64,000 bases of DNA, taken from contig CM119265.1 of NCBI GenBank assembly GCA_051294375.1, positions 29,495,453 through 29,559,452 on the forward strand, read 5' to 3'. The notes below the pieces were generated by a model that was not told where the DNA came from, made no database searches, and saw nothing but the letters and a program-made list of their open reading frames with translations. This document shows, piece by piece, positions 1-13,795 of this stretch. This stretch comes from Paraspadella gotoi. Lineage: Eukaryota; Animalia; Chaetognatha. The position numbers and the translations under genes were made by a program. Numbering within the stretch: position 1 is the stretch's first letter; every line of letters starts with the position of its first letter.

Positions 1-235
1 ATGCATATATCTGCGCGTTGTTCCATTAGTCCTTCATTTGTCGTTTGGGCGTTATTAGCCATCTTCGGTGCGCACTATGCCTCTGTCGCGACATACTCTG
101 GGACTCGGAAACGGAATTATATTCGGAAAAATCTAAAACCAAAGGACAAAAGAGCATCGTTCGTATGTCTTTGTATTTTTCATCTCTCTATGGAAAATTT
201 AACACGTTTTNNNNNNNNNNNNNNNNNNNNNNNNN

Positions 236-1117
236 GGGAATTTAGGGGAGAGCAGGATAGATAAAGGCAGAGCGGAGGGAATTTAGGGGAGAGCAGGATA
301 GATAAAGGCAGAGAGAGGGAATTTAGGACNNNNNNNNNNNNNNNNNNNNNNNNNNNNNNNNNNNNNNNNNNNNNNNNNNNNNNNNNNNNNNNNNNNNNNN
401 NNNNNNNNNNNNNNNNNNNNNNNNNNNNNNNNNNNNNNNNNNNNNNNNNNNNNAATTTAGGGTAGAGCAGGATAGATAAAGGCAGAGCGGGGGGAATTTA
501 GGGGAGAGCAGGATAAATAAAGGCAGAGGGGAGGGAATTTAGGGTAGAGCAGGATAGATAAGGGCAGAGCGGAGTGAATTTAGGGTAGAACAGGATAGAT
601 AAGGGCACAGTGGGGGAATTTTGGTCACAGCAGGTTAGATAAGGGCAGAGCTGGGGGAATTTTGAATTTTTATCAGAGCAGGCTAGATAATGGCAGCGCG
701 GGGGAATTTAGGGCAGAGCAGGCTAGATAAGGGCAGAGCAGGAGAATTTAAGGCAGAGCAGGATAGAATGGGCAGATCGGAGTGAATTTAGGGCAGAGCT
801 GGCTAGATAAGGGAGAGTGGATGGGTATTTAAGGCCGAACAGGTTAGATAAGGGCAGAGTGGAGGGAATTTAGGGCAGAGCTGGCTAGATAAAGGCAGAG
901 TGGCGGGAATTTAGGGTCGAGCAGGTTAGATAAAGGCAGAGCTGGAGGAATTCAGGCATAGCAGGATAGATAAAGCAGAGCGGGGGGAATTTAGGGCAGA
1001 GCAGGATAGATAAAGGCAGAGCTGGGGAATATAGGGCAGATCAGGATAGATAAAGGCAGAGCGGAGGGAAATTTAGGCAGAGCAGGATAGATAAGGCAGA
1101 GCGGGGGGAATTTAGGG
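236..1117. repeat. ~41-bp minisatellite (GGGAATTTAGGGCAGAGCAGGATAGATAAAGGCAGAGCGGA), interrupted by an N-gap
   Basis: Unit recurs with a 40-41 nt period (e.g. TTTA at 241 and 282). Confidence 0.9.
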
Positions 1118-1139
1118 TTGGTTTTGACATGTCTGGGCA

Positions 1140-1370
1140 ATAAAGCATAAAAGTAAGAAACTAAATTCAACTTTATTTCAAATTATAAAAGTGAGGAATG
1201 GAACAACATTGGAGTAATATATAATATATATAAAAAAATTATTAATTTTGCAATTTTCGCCAGTACGCTATATTTATAAATAGTATTAACCCTATAAATT
1301 TTAAAATTCAAAATGTTTTTTGTAGATTTTTTTGCACATTTAAAATCGTCATGAAAGTTATAAAAAAATA
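1140..1370 (+). mobile_element. Fragment related to the left arm of the foldback MITE at 40709-41321
   Basis: Shared colinear motifs AAAAGTGAGGAA..GAACAACATT, CAGT..GC.ATATTTA, TTTTTTTGCA.AT and GTCAT.AAAGTT. Confidence 0.5.
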
Positions 1371-1594
1371 TATAGGTCCGGTTGGTCCTGGCAAAGTCCT
1401 GTCTGGGTCTTGCAAAACAACACAGTTTTTAATCAGAAGCGTGAATCGGGTTCTACCGGTAGAGACAGAGAGAGAGAGAGAGAGGACAAACAGAGAAACA
1501 CAGAGAGCGAGTTTCAATTCCATCTCGATTCGAATCCCAGAGGCAAACAATGTTATCGATGTCGCTGACGAAGCCAAACCTGAGGGGAAGAGAG

Positions 1595-2270
1595 AGGGTT
1601 GAGGTGGATCAGAGATGGTGTTTTGAGGTGGCATCAGAGATGGTGTTAGGTGGCATCAGAAAATGGTGGTTTAGTTGGCATCAGAAATGGTGGTTGAGGT
1701 GGCATCAGAGATGGTGGTTGAGGTGGCATCAGAGATGGTGGTTGGGGTGGCATCAGAAATGGTGGTTTAGGTGGCATCAGAAATGGTGGTTGAGGTGGCA
1801 TCAGAGATAGTGGTTTAGGTGGCATCAGAGATGGTGGTGGGTGGCACAGAGAATGGAGGTTGAGGTGACAACAGAGATGGTGGTTGAGGTGCATCAGTGA
1901 TGGTGGTTTAGGTGGCATCAGAAATTGTGGTGAGGTGGCATCAGAGATGGTGGTTGAGGTGGCAATCAGAGATGGAGGTAGTGGCATCAGAGATGGTGGT
2001 TGGGGTGGCATCAGAAATGTGGTTTAGGTGCATCAGAAATGGTGGTTGAGGTGGCATCAGAGATGGAAGTTGAGTGGCATCAGAATGGTGGTTGAGGTGG
2101 CATCAGAGAGGAGGTTGAGGTGGCATCAGAGATGGTGGTTGAGGTGGCATTCAGAGATGGTGGTTTTGGTGGCATAGAAATGGTGGTTGAGGTGGCATCA
2201 GAGATGTGTGTGTTAGGTGGCATCAGAGATGGTGGTTGAGGTGGCATCAGAGATGGTGGTTGAGGTGGAA
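1595..2270. repeat. 24-bp minisatellite TGGTGGTTGAGGTGGCATCAGAGA (duplicate at ~10590-12055)
   Basis: Direct tandem units; these generate the spurious MPPQPPSL / WWLRWHQR ORFs. Confidence 0.9.
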
Positions 2271-2386
2271 AACAATTGTTGGTCGGTTCTAAGTTTTGGA
2301 AGAAGCGTGGTGGTCGAAGTGGCTGATGGTTCAGGTGCCACCTGAGTAGGAGTGCCACTTTGATAAGCGCCGACGGAAAGACTTAA

Positions 2387-2925
2387 GTGGCGGCAGTGGT
2401 GGCGGTTTGTGGCAGGGTGCGGTTGTGGTAGTATTGGCGGTTGTGGCAGTGGTGGCGGTTGTGGCAGTGGTGCGGTTGTGGCAGTGATAGCGGTTGTGCA
2501 GTGGTGGCGGTTGTGGTAGTATTGGCGTTGTGGCAGTGGTGCGGTTGTGCAGGGGTGGCGGTTGTGGACAGTGGTGGCGGTTGTGTTGTATTGCGGTTGG
2601 GCAGTTCTGGCGGTTGTGCAGTGGTGGCGGTTGTGGCAGTGGTGGCGGTTTTGGTTGTATGGCGGTTGTGGCAGTTTTGGCGGTTGTGGCTGTTTTTGGC
2701 GGTTGTGGCAGTGGTGTCGGTTTGGTAGTATTGGCGGTTGTGCAGTGTATGGCGGTTGTGTTTTATTGGCGGTTGTGGCAGTTTTGGCGGTTGTGGCAGT
2801 GGTGGCGGTTGTGGCAGGGTGGCGGTTGTGGCAGTGGTGGCGGTGTTTGTAGTATTGGCAGTTGGGGCAGTGGTGGGTTGTGGCAGTGGTGGCGGTTGTG
2901 GCAGTGGCGGGCGGTTGTCGCAGTG
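2387..2925. repeat. 18-bp minisatellite GTGGCAGTGGTGGCGGTT (duplicate at ~12180-12640)
   Basis: Direct tandem units; these generate the spurious WRLWQW / GGCGSG ORFs. Confidence 0.9.
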
Positions 2926-3466
2926 ATGTACTACTGTAATACTGGCAGTAATGGTGACAGCGGTGGGAGTGACGCAGTAACGATGCGTTTTACAAAATTG
3001 ACGAATTTACGTAAAGGAATTTATGATTGGAAAAAAATTAATTTCGTTAAAAAACATTAAATCAATATTTTATTATAGAGGGAATGAAGGGGATTATATA
3101 TTGTTAAAAATCGACATTTTTTGTTGGACAATTGATTAAACGGACATTAAAAAAAGGAAAAAAGAGTAGAACTATCGATTCAAACGACGACTACATTCGC
3201 TTTGACTGCAAAATTTCAAAACAGTTTTTTTTTTTTTTTATTTAATTGATTATTTAGTAAATCTCATCGACTATTTCCAACTGTTTTTCTTTTTATTCTT
3301 TTTTTTCTTTCTTTTCTTTCTTTCTTTTTCTTTTTTTAAATATCTTTCTTTCTTTCTTTTTCGCTCTTATTTTTATTTTATTTTTTTCTTTCTTTTTCTG
3401 TCTTTCTTCTGTTCTCTTACTTTTTCCCTCGAGTAGGGGGTCTTAGTGGATTGCAAGTTGGAAATG

Positions 3467-3523
<57 letters not shown>

Positions 3524-3706
3524 ATAAAAAATCTAATAAGGGGAGAAGAGAAGAGAAGAATCAAATTTCTCCAAGACAAAAGTCTTTTTTTTTCTAATCG
3601 ACAGAATTTGTCTTCTCTTTTTTAGTCATTCACTTTTAACAATTTTTTATTTACTTTTTCAAAAGTAAATGATTTCCTGTTATTTTAAGACTTTGCTCCA
3701 CCCCCT

Positions 3707-3757
<51 letters not shown>

Positions 3758-4185
3758 GTCTCTTTCTCTCTCTCCTCTCTGTCTCTCTCTCTGTCTCTCT
3801 CTCTCTCTCTGTCTGTCGCGGAGACAAAAATCGATTTATCACCGAAAGATAAAAAAACAACAAATTTTATTTACTTTTCTTGATAACCTAATTAATAAAT
3901 TTGCCTTAAAAAGCTTAAGATTTTAAAACCAAGATTTTTTTTTTTGGAGCAAAAAAAAAGAATCCCGCCAAAGGATTTTTCCCACTCTCTCTCTCTCTCC
4001 TTCCTCTCTCTCTCTTCTCTCTCTCTCTCTTCTCCTCCTTCACTTCGCTTTTAAATTCTTTTTCTCCCACTCCCTTCAACTCTCTCTCATCACATTAAGT
4101 AAGGGAGTTTCGTTTGTTTTTTTACGCCTCCAAAAGCAGCTTCGGTTTATTTTTCTTTAAAAGGAATTTTTTTATTTCCAGATTC

Positions 4186-4561
4186 ATGGACGCATTTTTA
4201 TTCTGTAAAAACAACTGGTAAGTAGTCAATCTGCTTGTTTCGTGTAGATTTTAATGTATGAAAATGTAAAAAAATACAATGTTTTGTTTTAAAAACTTAA
4301 CTGTTTAGGAGTACAACAAGTTGAATTTTCTCAGCTGGCATTTTTATTAATGTCAAAATCATAGTCAAGTTCAATCACAAAATCTAAATGTCAGCTCCGG
4401 GTCTCCGAGGTGCCAAGCTCTGGGTCTACCGAGTACCAGTTCGGGTCCACCGAGGTGCCACGGTTCTGAACAAACGAAAACTTCTTCGTGCGGTGCCAGA
4501 CACTTTGAAAGATAAAGTTAAAACGATTCAAAAAAATTTACAAAAACTAAATGAAAGTTAA
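4186..4561 (+). CDS. Candidate small spliced orphan gene (exons 4186-4217 and 4309-4561; second copy from 13956)
   Basis: TTTCCAG acceptor, ATG, GTAAGT donor, 91-nt intron, TTTAG acceptor. The frame (MDAFLFCKNNWSTTSEF..(SSGSxEVP)x3..KLNES*) is open only if indels between the two copies are reconciled. Confidence 0.3.
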
Positions 4562-5283
4562 ATTTTTTGAAAATGTTTTCCCGCAGATTTTACCGCAGTT
4601 GAAAAGACGTTTATCCTTAAAAGGTTGAAAAGACGTTTTCCTTTAAAAATTTACTACAAAATCTGTTTTTACTTTTTTTTTTTAAATTATAAGAAGAATT
4701 TATTCCGAATCGTTTTGAATTACAAAGAAATAATTTGGACTCAATTTAGATTTAAATTTGATTTAGATTTAGATTTTGTTAAATCTTAGTTTGTATTTCC
4801 TCGCAGATTGATTAAAACTGCTTGTTTGATTGTTTGCTTGTTTGTTTGTTTGCTTTTTGTTGGTTGACTCGTTAGTTGATTCTAAAAAGGTACAGTAAAG
4901 TATTGGATCAGTGAAACATTCAAAAAAAAAAAAACCATTAGTTAAATATTTTTTTATTATATATGATATTGTATATGTTAATGTTAAACGTAGTAATGAA
5001 AAGATACCATTGTCAAATTGTTTATTTATTTAGAATATGTTAGGATGAAAGTAGGGATATTCGAATTCATTCTACCTTATGTTTTTTTTGTTCTTTTATT
5101 CTAAAGAGAAATTAGAAAAAGGAGGAACAGGAAAAAAGAACAGAAGAAGAACAAAATAGAGAAGCAAAATAGAGAACAAAGAAGACAAAAGCAAGACCAA
5201 AAGGCCAATGAAATAAAAAAGAAAAAACCTTTAAAAACTAAATTTGGAACCATAAATTTTTCTGATGGACTCTAGCTACGTAA

Positions 5284-5349
<66 letters not shown>

Positions 5350-6039
5350 TCTCTTTCTCTGTATAAAATCGCGATGACGGATTAATTAAAAGATGATGAC
5401 GACATTCTGGTGAAAAAGAAAACAAAATTGTAGTGAGTGAGTGAGTGTGAATTGATTATAAAGAAGGAGAAAGAGAGATTTGATGTGAAGTGACTGCACA
5501 GAGATAGTAGAAATGTGTGATTGTTTGGTTAAATAGTCTGTAGATTATTAATAAATAGAGAGGTCATTATAATTAAAATCAACTATAATGTTAAGAAATT
5601 GATAACCGCTTGACAAAAAATTATCATCATCCACTATTACGAAGTTTTTCAACGGAGTCATATAAGTCATGTGATTAGATTTTCAAGAAATTCTTTACTA
5701 TTTTAAAAATTAATTACCTTCGAGATTTGTGGTTTGGCGGAAAAGTAACTAAGAAATCACGACAATTTGATTACATTTCTTGAAAAAAAAAACTTGAACT
5801 CTGGGTTGAAACTTTTTTTTGAACACTTGAACAAACAAACTTTATTTTTTTCGTTTTCTATATTTTAACAATATATTCAACAGATCTCAACTTGATAGAT
5901 TTTTAATGATGATGTAGTCAATGAAATGAGACGAATTTCAAAAAGTAAAATAAATAATTTGGATTTGAATGATATTGGAATATTCGTAGTATATCTAGGT
6001 ACGTTACGAAAAAAAAAGAGAAAGAAAGAAAGAGAGGAA

Positions 6040-6075
<36 letters not shown>

Positions 6076-6404
6076 GAAAGAAAGAAAGAAAAAGAAAAGA
6101 AAGAAGAAAGAAAGAAAGAAAAGAAGAAAGAAAAAAGAAAAGATATTCTGATATATATTTAAAATTTGCACCTGACTTATACAATCCAATCGATTCAATT
6201 TCTATCCTATAATTTTTTATCTATCCGATTCATCGTATGTTTTTTTTGATTTAAACTATCCATTTTTAATTCATTTTCATCATTAAACCCCATTCTTTGA
6301 GACAAGAGCCTTCCGTCAAGACAAGAGCCTTCAGTCAAGACAAGAGCCTTCAGTCAAGAGTCAATCGCCACAGTTATTAATAGTTTTTTGATATTAACTA
6401 AAAC

Positions 6405-6691
6405 TTTTTAGTCGGATCTGCTTGATCAGCAGATCGCGACTTTGAAAAAAAAAACGATGTCCATCCGTCCGTCTGTCTGTTCCTATGTCCGTCCGTCCGT
6501 CCGTCCATCGTCCGTCAAAACAAACATTTCGGATCAAATTAATAATTAATTGCCAAATTAATTAAATAATTAACTTGAATAAATTAATTATTTATTAATT
6601 AAAAAATTAACTTGAATAAATTAATTATTAATTAATTAATTACCGATAATGATCGAGGGCAGTTCCGATATTGTTTGCTCAAACTTGTTTT
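6405..6691 (+). mobile_element. Short DINE-1/Helentron-like non-autonomous element (HINE)
   Basis: T-run, sub-TIR GTCGGATCTGC with adjacent inverted copy, (CCGT)n microsatellite, ATTA-rich core, degenerate 3' sub-TIR, GTTTG-CT-CAAAC palindrome, T-run. Confidence 0.65.
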
Positions 6692-7007
6692 GAAACGACT
6701 CAAAAATTAAGCACGGGATTAATTAAAAAGTAATGCAACAAATGTAATTATAAGATTATATCAAAATCAAGTTCGGTTTTTAAACAAAACAGAAAAAACA
6801 TCAACAAAAGAACAGCTGCGCTTTAATCAAATTTAAAAAAAAGATTATTACAAATTGTTTCTGATTTGTTAAATACATACTGTTAATTAATAATTCAGTA
6901 TTTGTTTATGCTTGCCGGATTGCAACCCATTACCAAGCTTGATTGGTTTTGAAAGTTGATACGAGTCTGCGAGGGTTTAAGACGAACCCAAAAAGGTCTA
7001 TTGATTA

Positions 7008-7064
7008 GGCATTGAACTCGGGACCTTTAGGTCCTAGATCAAAAGCTTGTCCCAACTAAAGTTA
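7008..7064 (-). repeat. Degenerate tRNA-derived fragment (duplicate at ~16725-16782)
   Basis: Minus strand reads TAACTTTAGTTGG (A-box-like) ... AAGGTCCCGAGTTCAATGCC (B-box-like). No intact cloverleaf. Confidence 0.35.
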
Positions 7065-7728
7065 AACTTTAACTCTCAATTAACATAACTACTTGGCACT
7101 CAATAACATTTCCTAACATAACTACTCTATTGAATACATGACATTAAAAAAAGAAAGGTTTTTGGAAACCTCATTATGAAGAAGAGTTGTTGATTACTTT
7201 TAATTAATTATATTAACTACTTACAATAAAAAACAATATTTACAATTGAGAATGTATACGTTATTACAACGTACTAAACAATAATAAAAATAGATGAAAA
7301 TACTTGAGGCAAATTGATTGTAGACAAAACGAAAATAATAAAAGGTTGACCGACGACAACGAGAACAAAGACGTTGAGGTTTAATATTGTTTGGTGAGTT
7401 GTATTTTGCGACGAGGGTAAGTTAATTGACCGAGGTCAATTCAGGTCACCAGAGGTTTAGGTTAAATGATTAATTGTAACATTCTAGCGATTATTATATT
7501 ATTTGTATTGGATATTTTTTCAATGTTTTTCGTTTCCTTATTATTAATCAAATTCAAAACTGTCTGTACTCTGCAGCGTTCTTAGACTAAAACTACTATC
7601 GAGGCAAGATAGAGGCTCACCCTACCGCCAGAACCTTCTCTCCCCCGGGCCTTCTCTTCCCCCTCTCAACGCCTCCTCCTCCCCTCGTCGTCCCCCTCCT
7701 TTTCATCACGGAGTCACGGATAGAGTCT

Positions 7729-8137
7729 TGGAGATCGGACTCACTCTCTCACAACTCTTCTCTTGGAGATCGGACTCACTCTCTCACAACTCTTCTCTTG
7801 GAGATCGGACTCACTCTCTCAAAACTCTTTCTCTTGGAGATCGGACTCACTCTCTCACAACTCTTCTCTTGGAGATCGGACTCTCTCACAACTCTTCTTG
7901 AATCGGACTCACTCTCTCACAACTCTTCTCTTGGAGATCGGACTCACTCTCTCAAAACTCTTCTCTTGGAGATCGGACGCTCACTCTCTCACAACTCTTC
8001 TTCTGGAGATCGGACTCTCTCACAACTCTTTTCTTGAGATCGGACTCACTCTCTCACAACTCTTCTCTGGGAGATCGGACTCACTCTCTCACAACTCTTC
8101 TCTTGGAGATCGGACTCACTCTCTCACAACTCTTCTC
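7729..8137. repeat. 35-bp minisatellite TTGGAGATCGGACTCACTCTCTCACAACTCTTCTC (duplicate 17450-17760)
   Basis: Head-to-tail near-identical units with no spacers. Confidence 0.95.
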
Positions 8138-9880
8138 CTCTCCTCACGATCTCTGGGTCCTCAAGCCTTCCTCTTACCCTCTCCCCCTTTTATGAACCCT
8201 AATATATCACATTTTTAGTTGAGGATATCTACTCAAAAACTGATTTTATTTGATAAAAATCTGAATATTTCCGAATCTAAATTAAATTTTCTTTCCGTAT
8301 CTTTCTTCCATTTTTTCGTAGATAAAATCGTTTAGAAGTTACAGGCAAAAAAGATCGCTACTTCAAATGAAAAATGGCACAAAAATAATAATTAATTTCT
8401 TACAGTTTTGGTATTTATTTATTTGTTTTTATTCAAATAGAACTAATTATTTTTTTTTTAATTTGCAATGCTAAAAGTATTGTACCTTTTTTTGGTTCAA
8501 AAAATGCCATTATAGCTTTTCGACAGAGGGAAAGACGCGCAACATCAACATCAGGGCTGAAAAGAATGGCGTCAAAGATGTGGAAAAACATTTCACTGTC
8601 TTACCCTCAATCGCTTGTACGAGAGCATGGCCAGACAAATACAGGCAGTAGTCGATGCGAGAGAGGCCATACCAAGTATTGAAAATGTGTTTTTTTTTTT
8701 TTTTTAATAAATTAACTTTTCAACAACTATGTGATATACTTTTTTTCCTAGATAGTAGTTTGGTTTAAAATGTTTAAAACGAACACAACTAATACTCACG
8801 TCTTTTTGCGGCATCTGCGGCATTCCAGGCATCTGTTGCATCTGTCCTCGATTCGACGAACGGCGATTTGTCTCGATGACGTCCATCGTTAACAAAGAAC
8901 AACGAATTTTATTAAAAAAGACTTTTTTAAAAGATTTGATAGGATAGTTCAATGAGAGCAAAGATAGGATAGAAATGAAAGCAATGATAGAATAGCAATG
9001 AAAGCAATGATAGAATAGCTCAATGAGAAGCAATGATTGGATAGCAATGAGAGCAAAGATAGGATAACTCAATGAGAGCAATGATAGGATAGCGTTGCTG
9101 TTGAGGAAAGGCAAAATTAGAAATAGAGGGAGAGACTTATTTTCAATAGCAAGAAAAGTTAGGAAATTTTTAAAAATGATGACGAGACGCGACGACGACG
9201 ACGACGACGAGGATGACGAAGAAGGAAAGAAAGTCGTCCTCATCCTTCATCCTTCATCCTTCTTCCTCTTCTTCTTCCTTCTTCCTTCTTCCTTCTTCCT
9301 TCTTCCTTCTCCGTGTCCCGCGACCGAAGGGAAAACCAAGGAGAAGGAGGGGAACACTTCGCTTCGGTCTGTAAATATGTCAGTAATGTCATCAAATGAT
9401 TGTCAGTAATGTCATCAAATGTTGTCAATATGCAATCAAATAATTTGCCTTGTAATGTCTTCAAATGTTTGTCAGTAATGTCATCAAATGTTTGTCAGTA
9501 AGTCATCAAATGTTTTGTAACTAGTCGTTTTGGTTGTGTTTCTGACTTACGTCGGCTTAGCGGATTTATCATTGTTGAACAGAGTATTAGATTTAAGCGC
9601 CTTGAAGCGATTTTTTATGTCTTGCGAAGCACTGGTTAACTATTTTGTCGGATGTTGCAGATCGAGCAAGACCACAAATAGTTTACATTTTCGCTATGGA
9701 AATTGTTGCCGACAAAAAACCATCTATCAAATGAAATATTGGTCGGGACCATGACGACAACGACGATGTCAATGATGACAACGACGACAATAACTAAAAC
9801 GACGACGTCGACGACAACGATGACGACGACGACAACGACGATGATTCAAAGAATAAATTCAAGTTTTTCGTTTTTTTTAT

Positions 9881-10381
9881 TTTTAGCTGGATCTGTTTCA
9901 GCAGATCCCGACTCTATAATTCACTTTGTTGGTCTGTCGGTCCACCCCCTCAATATTGTTGGGCATCACTTATATCATGTCAGTACATCGAATTATTGAT
10001 AATTATGCAAAAAAAGATTCCGTCCATCTCCGTCCGTCCGTCCGACCGTCCGTCCGTCGTGTAGGTAGGGAAGTGTGTGATTGAAGTTTCGATGAAATCG
10101 TCCGATGGAAATGAGTTTAAATGGAAAAAATAAAAATATATATTTCACTATTTGAACACCATTACTCAATGAGTGAATGGGGCGATAGACTTGAATTTTG
10201 CATTTGGGCTAGAAAAGTGTGTGATTAAACTGGAAATCAATTTTCGATGGAATCGTTTGAGTGGAAAATGAGTTTAAATGGAAAAAACAAAAGAACCTAT
10301 TTAACGATTTGATTATGCCTTTTTTTCTTTTTATTTTAAATGTAAAAGCAAGATGTAATAATTAATCAATAATTAATCAGT
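9881..10381 (+). mobile_element. HINE-like element, long form, cut by N-gap
   Basis: Same 5' sub-TIR hairpin and CCGT tract as 19553-20309. Confidence 0.6.
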
Positions 10382-10419
10382 NNNNNNNNNNNNNNNNNNN
10401 NNNNNNAAAGAAGAGAGAG

Positions 10420-13221
10420 ATAATTCAGCGGTTCATACGCTGGATGAGGACAGATAGGAGAGAGAGAGAAGATGACAACAGAGAAACAGAGAGGCGGTTT
10501 TCAATTCCATCTCGATTCGAATCCAGAGGCAACAATGTTATCGATGTACGCTAGTACGAAGGCCAACCTGAAGGGGGAAGAGAGAGGGTTGAGGTTGAGC
10601 AGCAGAGATGGACCGTTGAGCGTGGCATCAGAGATGGTGGTTGAGGTGGCATCAAGAGATGGAGGTTGAGGTGGCATCGAGATGGTGGGTTTAGGTGGAA
10701 TAGAATGGGTGCGTCGTGGTTTGGATGTAAGAGGAAATGGTGGTTTAGGCTGGCATCAGAGATGGTGGTTTGAGGTGCATTCAAGATGGATGTTGACGGT
10801 GAATAGAGATGGGAGGTTTGAGGTGGCATAGAAGATGGTGGTTTTAGGTGGCATCAGAATAGTGTGGTTGAAGGTGGCATCAAGATGGTGGTTTAGGTGG
10901 CATCATATGAGATGGAGGTTGGAGGTGCCATCTAGAGTGGAGGTTGGAAGTGGTCATCAAGAGATGCGAGGTTAAGGACTGCCGTGAAGAGATGGTAGTG
11001 TGCTATAGGGTTGGTGCATCGAGACAAAGATAGTATGATATGGTTGACGGCTGTCGTGCACATGCTAGAGAGATGAAGTAGTTTGTTGGAGGTGGCAGGT
11101 GCGTAGAGAATGGGTTGGTTGAGAGATAGAGATAGAAATGGTGGTTTGAGGTGTGCATCAGAGATGGTGGTTGAGGTGTATAGAGATGGGTGGTTGAGGT
11201 GGCATCAGAGTATGGCGTTGAGGTGGCATCAGAGATGGTGGTTGAGGTGGCACAAGATGGAGGTTGAGGTGGCATAGTGAGATGAGATGGTTAGGTGGCA
11301 TGAGAGAGTGGACGGGTTGGAGTGATGGCATGAGAAGATGGAGGTTGAAGTATGGCATCTAGAGATGGAGGTTAAGTGGGCTGGCCTCAGAAGATGGGTG
11401 GGTTTGAGGTGGATCAAGATGGTGGTTGAGGTGGCATCAGAAATGGTGGTTGAGGTGGCATCAGAATGGTGGTTGAGGTGGCATCAGAAATGGTGTGTTG
11501 AGGTGGCATCAGAGATGGTGGTTGAGGTGGCATCAGAGATGGTGGTTGGGGTGGCATCAGAAGATTGGTGACGTTAGAGTGGCATCAGAGATGGTGGTTG
11601 AGGTGGCATCTAGAGGATGAGTGTTTTAGGTGGCATGCAGAGATGTTGGTTGGTGGCATCAGAGATTGGAGGTTGAGGTGAAACTAGAAATGGATGGTTG
11701 AGGTGGCATCAGAGTGGTGGTTGAGGTGGCATCAGAAATTGGTGGTTGAGGTGGCATCAGAGATGGTGGTTGAGGTGGCAATCAGAATGAGTATGGACAG
11801 AGATGTGTGGGGTGGCATCAGAATGTGGTTTTAGGTGCATAGAATGGGGTTGAGGTGGCATCAGAGATGGATGTATCAGATGTGAAGGTGGCAATCAGAG
11901 ATTTGGAGGTTGAGGTGGCATCGAGAGGATGGTGGGTTTAGGTTGGATTCAGAGATGGTGGTATGGAAGAATGTGGTGAGCATCAGAGATGGTGGTTTAG
12001 GTGGCACAGAGATAGGTGGTTGAGGTGGCATCAGAGATGGTGGTTGAGGTTGGAAACAATGGGTGTGTGTCGGTTCTAGTTTTTGGAAGAAGCGGTGGTG
12101 GTCGAAGTGGCTGATGGTTCAGGTGGCCACCTTGAGTAGGAAGTGCCACTTTGAATAAGCGCCGACGAAAGACTTAAGTGGCGGCTAGTGGTGGCGGTTT
12201 GGCAGTGGTGGCGGTTGTGGTAGTGGTGGCTGGTATATGGCGGTTGTGGCAGTGGTGGCGGGGTTGTGGCAGTGGTGGCGGTTGTGGGCAGTGATAGCGG
12301 TTGTGGTGGGCTGGTAGTATTGCTGTGCAGTGGTGGTGTCAGGGTGCGTGTGAAGTGGTGGGTGTGTATTGGCGGTTGTGGCAGTTCGCGTTGGAGTGGG
12401 CGGTTGTGGCGTGTCGTTTTGATGGCTGGGCGTTGGCGGTTGTGGTTTGTTTGGAGTGTTCGTTGAATGGCGGTTTTGCATGTGGCGGTTTGTGTTGTAG
12501 GCGTATGGATGGCGGTTGTGGCAGTGGTGGCGGTTTGAGTGGTGCGTGTCAGTGTGGCGGGTTGTTGGTAGTATTGGCGTTGGTGCATGTGGGTTGGCAG
12601 TGGTGGCGGTTGTGGCTAGTGGAGGCGGTTGTCGGGCAGTGATGTACAACTGTAATACTGGCAGTAATGCGTGACAGCGTTGGAGAGTGACGCAAGTAAC
12701 GATGCAGTTTACAAAATTGACGAATTTATGTAAAGGAATTTTATGAATTTAAAAAAATTAATTTCGTTAAAAAAACATTAAATCCAATGTTTTATTATAG
12801 AGGGAATTGAAGGGGATTATATATTATTAAAAATCGACATTTTTTGTTGGAACAATTGATTAAAACGGACATTCAAAAAAAAGGAAAAAAAGAGTAGACT
12901 GTATCGATTTCAAACGACGACCTACATTCGCTTTGACTGCAAAATTTTCAAACAGTTTTTTTTTTTATTAATTTGATTTATTTAGTAAATCGTCATCGAC
13001 TATTCCACCTTTTTTTCTTTTTATTCTTTTTTTTCTTTCTTTTTCTTTCTTTCTTTTTCTTTTTTTCTTTAATTCACTTTATATTTTTTTAAAATATCTT
13101 TCTTTTCTTTCTTTTTCGCTCTATTTTTATTTTATTTTTTTCCTTCTTTTTCTGTCTTTCTTTCTGTCTCTCTTACTTTTTCCCTCGAGTAGGGGGGTCT
13201 TAGTGGATTAGCAAGTTGGGA

Positions 13222-13281
<60 letters not shown>

Positions 13282-13460
13282 AAATCTAATAAGGGGAGAA
13301 AGAAGAGAAAGAATCAAATTTCTCAAGACAAAAGTCTTTTTTTTTCTAATCGACAGAATTTGTCTTCTCTTCTTTCTAGTCATTCACTTTTTAACAATTT
13401 TTTATTTACTTTTCAAAAGTTAAATGATTTCCTGTTATTTTAAGACTTGCTCCACCCCCT

Positions 13461-13501
<41 letters not shown>

Positions 13502-13744
13502 TCTCTCTCTCTGTCTCTTTCTCTCTCTCTCTCTGTCTCTCTCTCTGTCTCTCTCTCTCTCTCTGTCTGTCGCGGAGATCAAAAATCGATTTTATCACCG
13601 AAAAGATAAAAAAAAACAAATTTTATTTACTTTTCTTGATAAACCTAATTAATAAATTTGGCCTAAAAAAGCTAAGATTTTAAAACCAAGATTTTTTTTT
13701 TCTGGAGCAAAAAAAAAGAATCCCGCCAAAGGATTTTTCCCACT

Positions 13745-13795
<51 letters not shown>

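Larger units (their letters stand above)
1440..10381 (+). repeat. Copy 1 of a ~9-kb direct duplication
   Basis: Colinear with 10420-20061 over unique sequence (e.g. TTCAATTCCATCTCGATTCGAATCC near 1513 and 10500). The copy ends at an N-gap. Confidence 0.95.

Noticed and set aside
236-1117. Telomeric TTTAGGG array
   Set aside because: The motif occurs once per 41-bp unit, not in tandem.
1550-3060. Pro-rich, Trp-rich and GGCG-rich ORFs resembling structural proteins
   Set aside because: They are translations of 24- and 18-bp minisatellites, open in several frames and on both strands.
7729-8137. CRISPR-like 35-bp repeats
   Set aside because: Units are head-to-tail with no unique spacers, there are no cas genes, and the context is eukaryotic.
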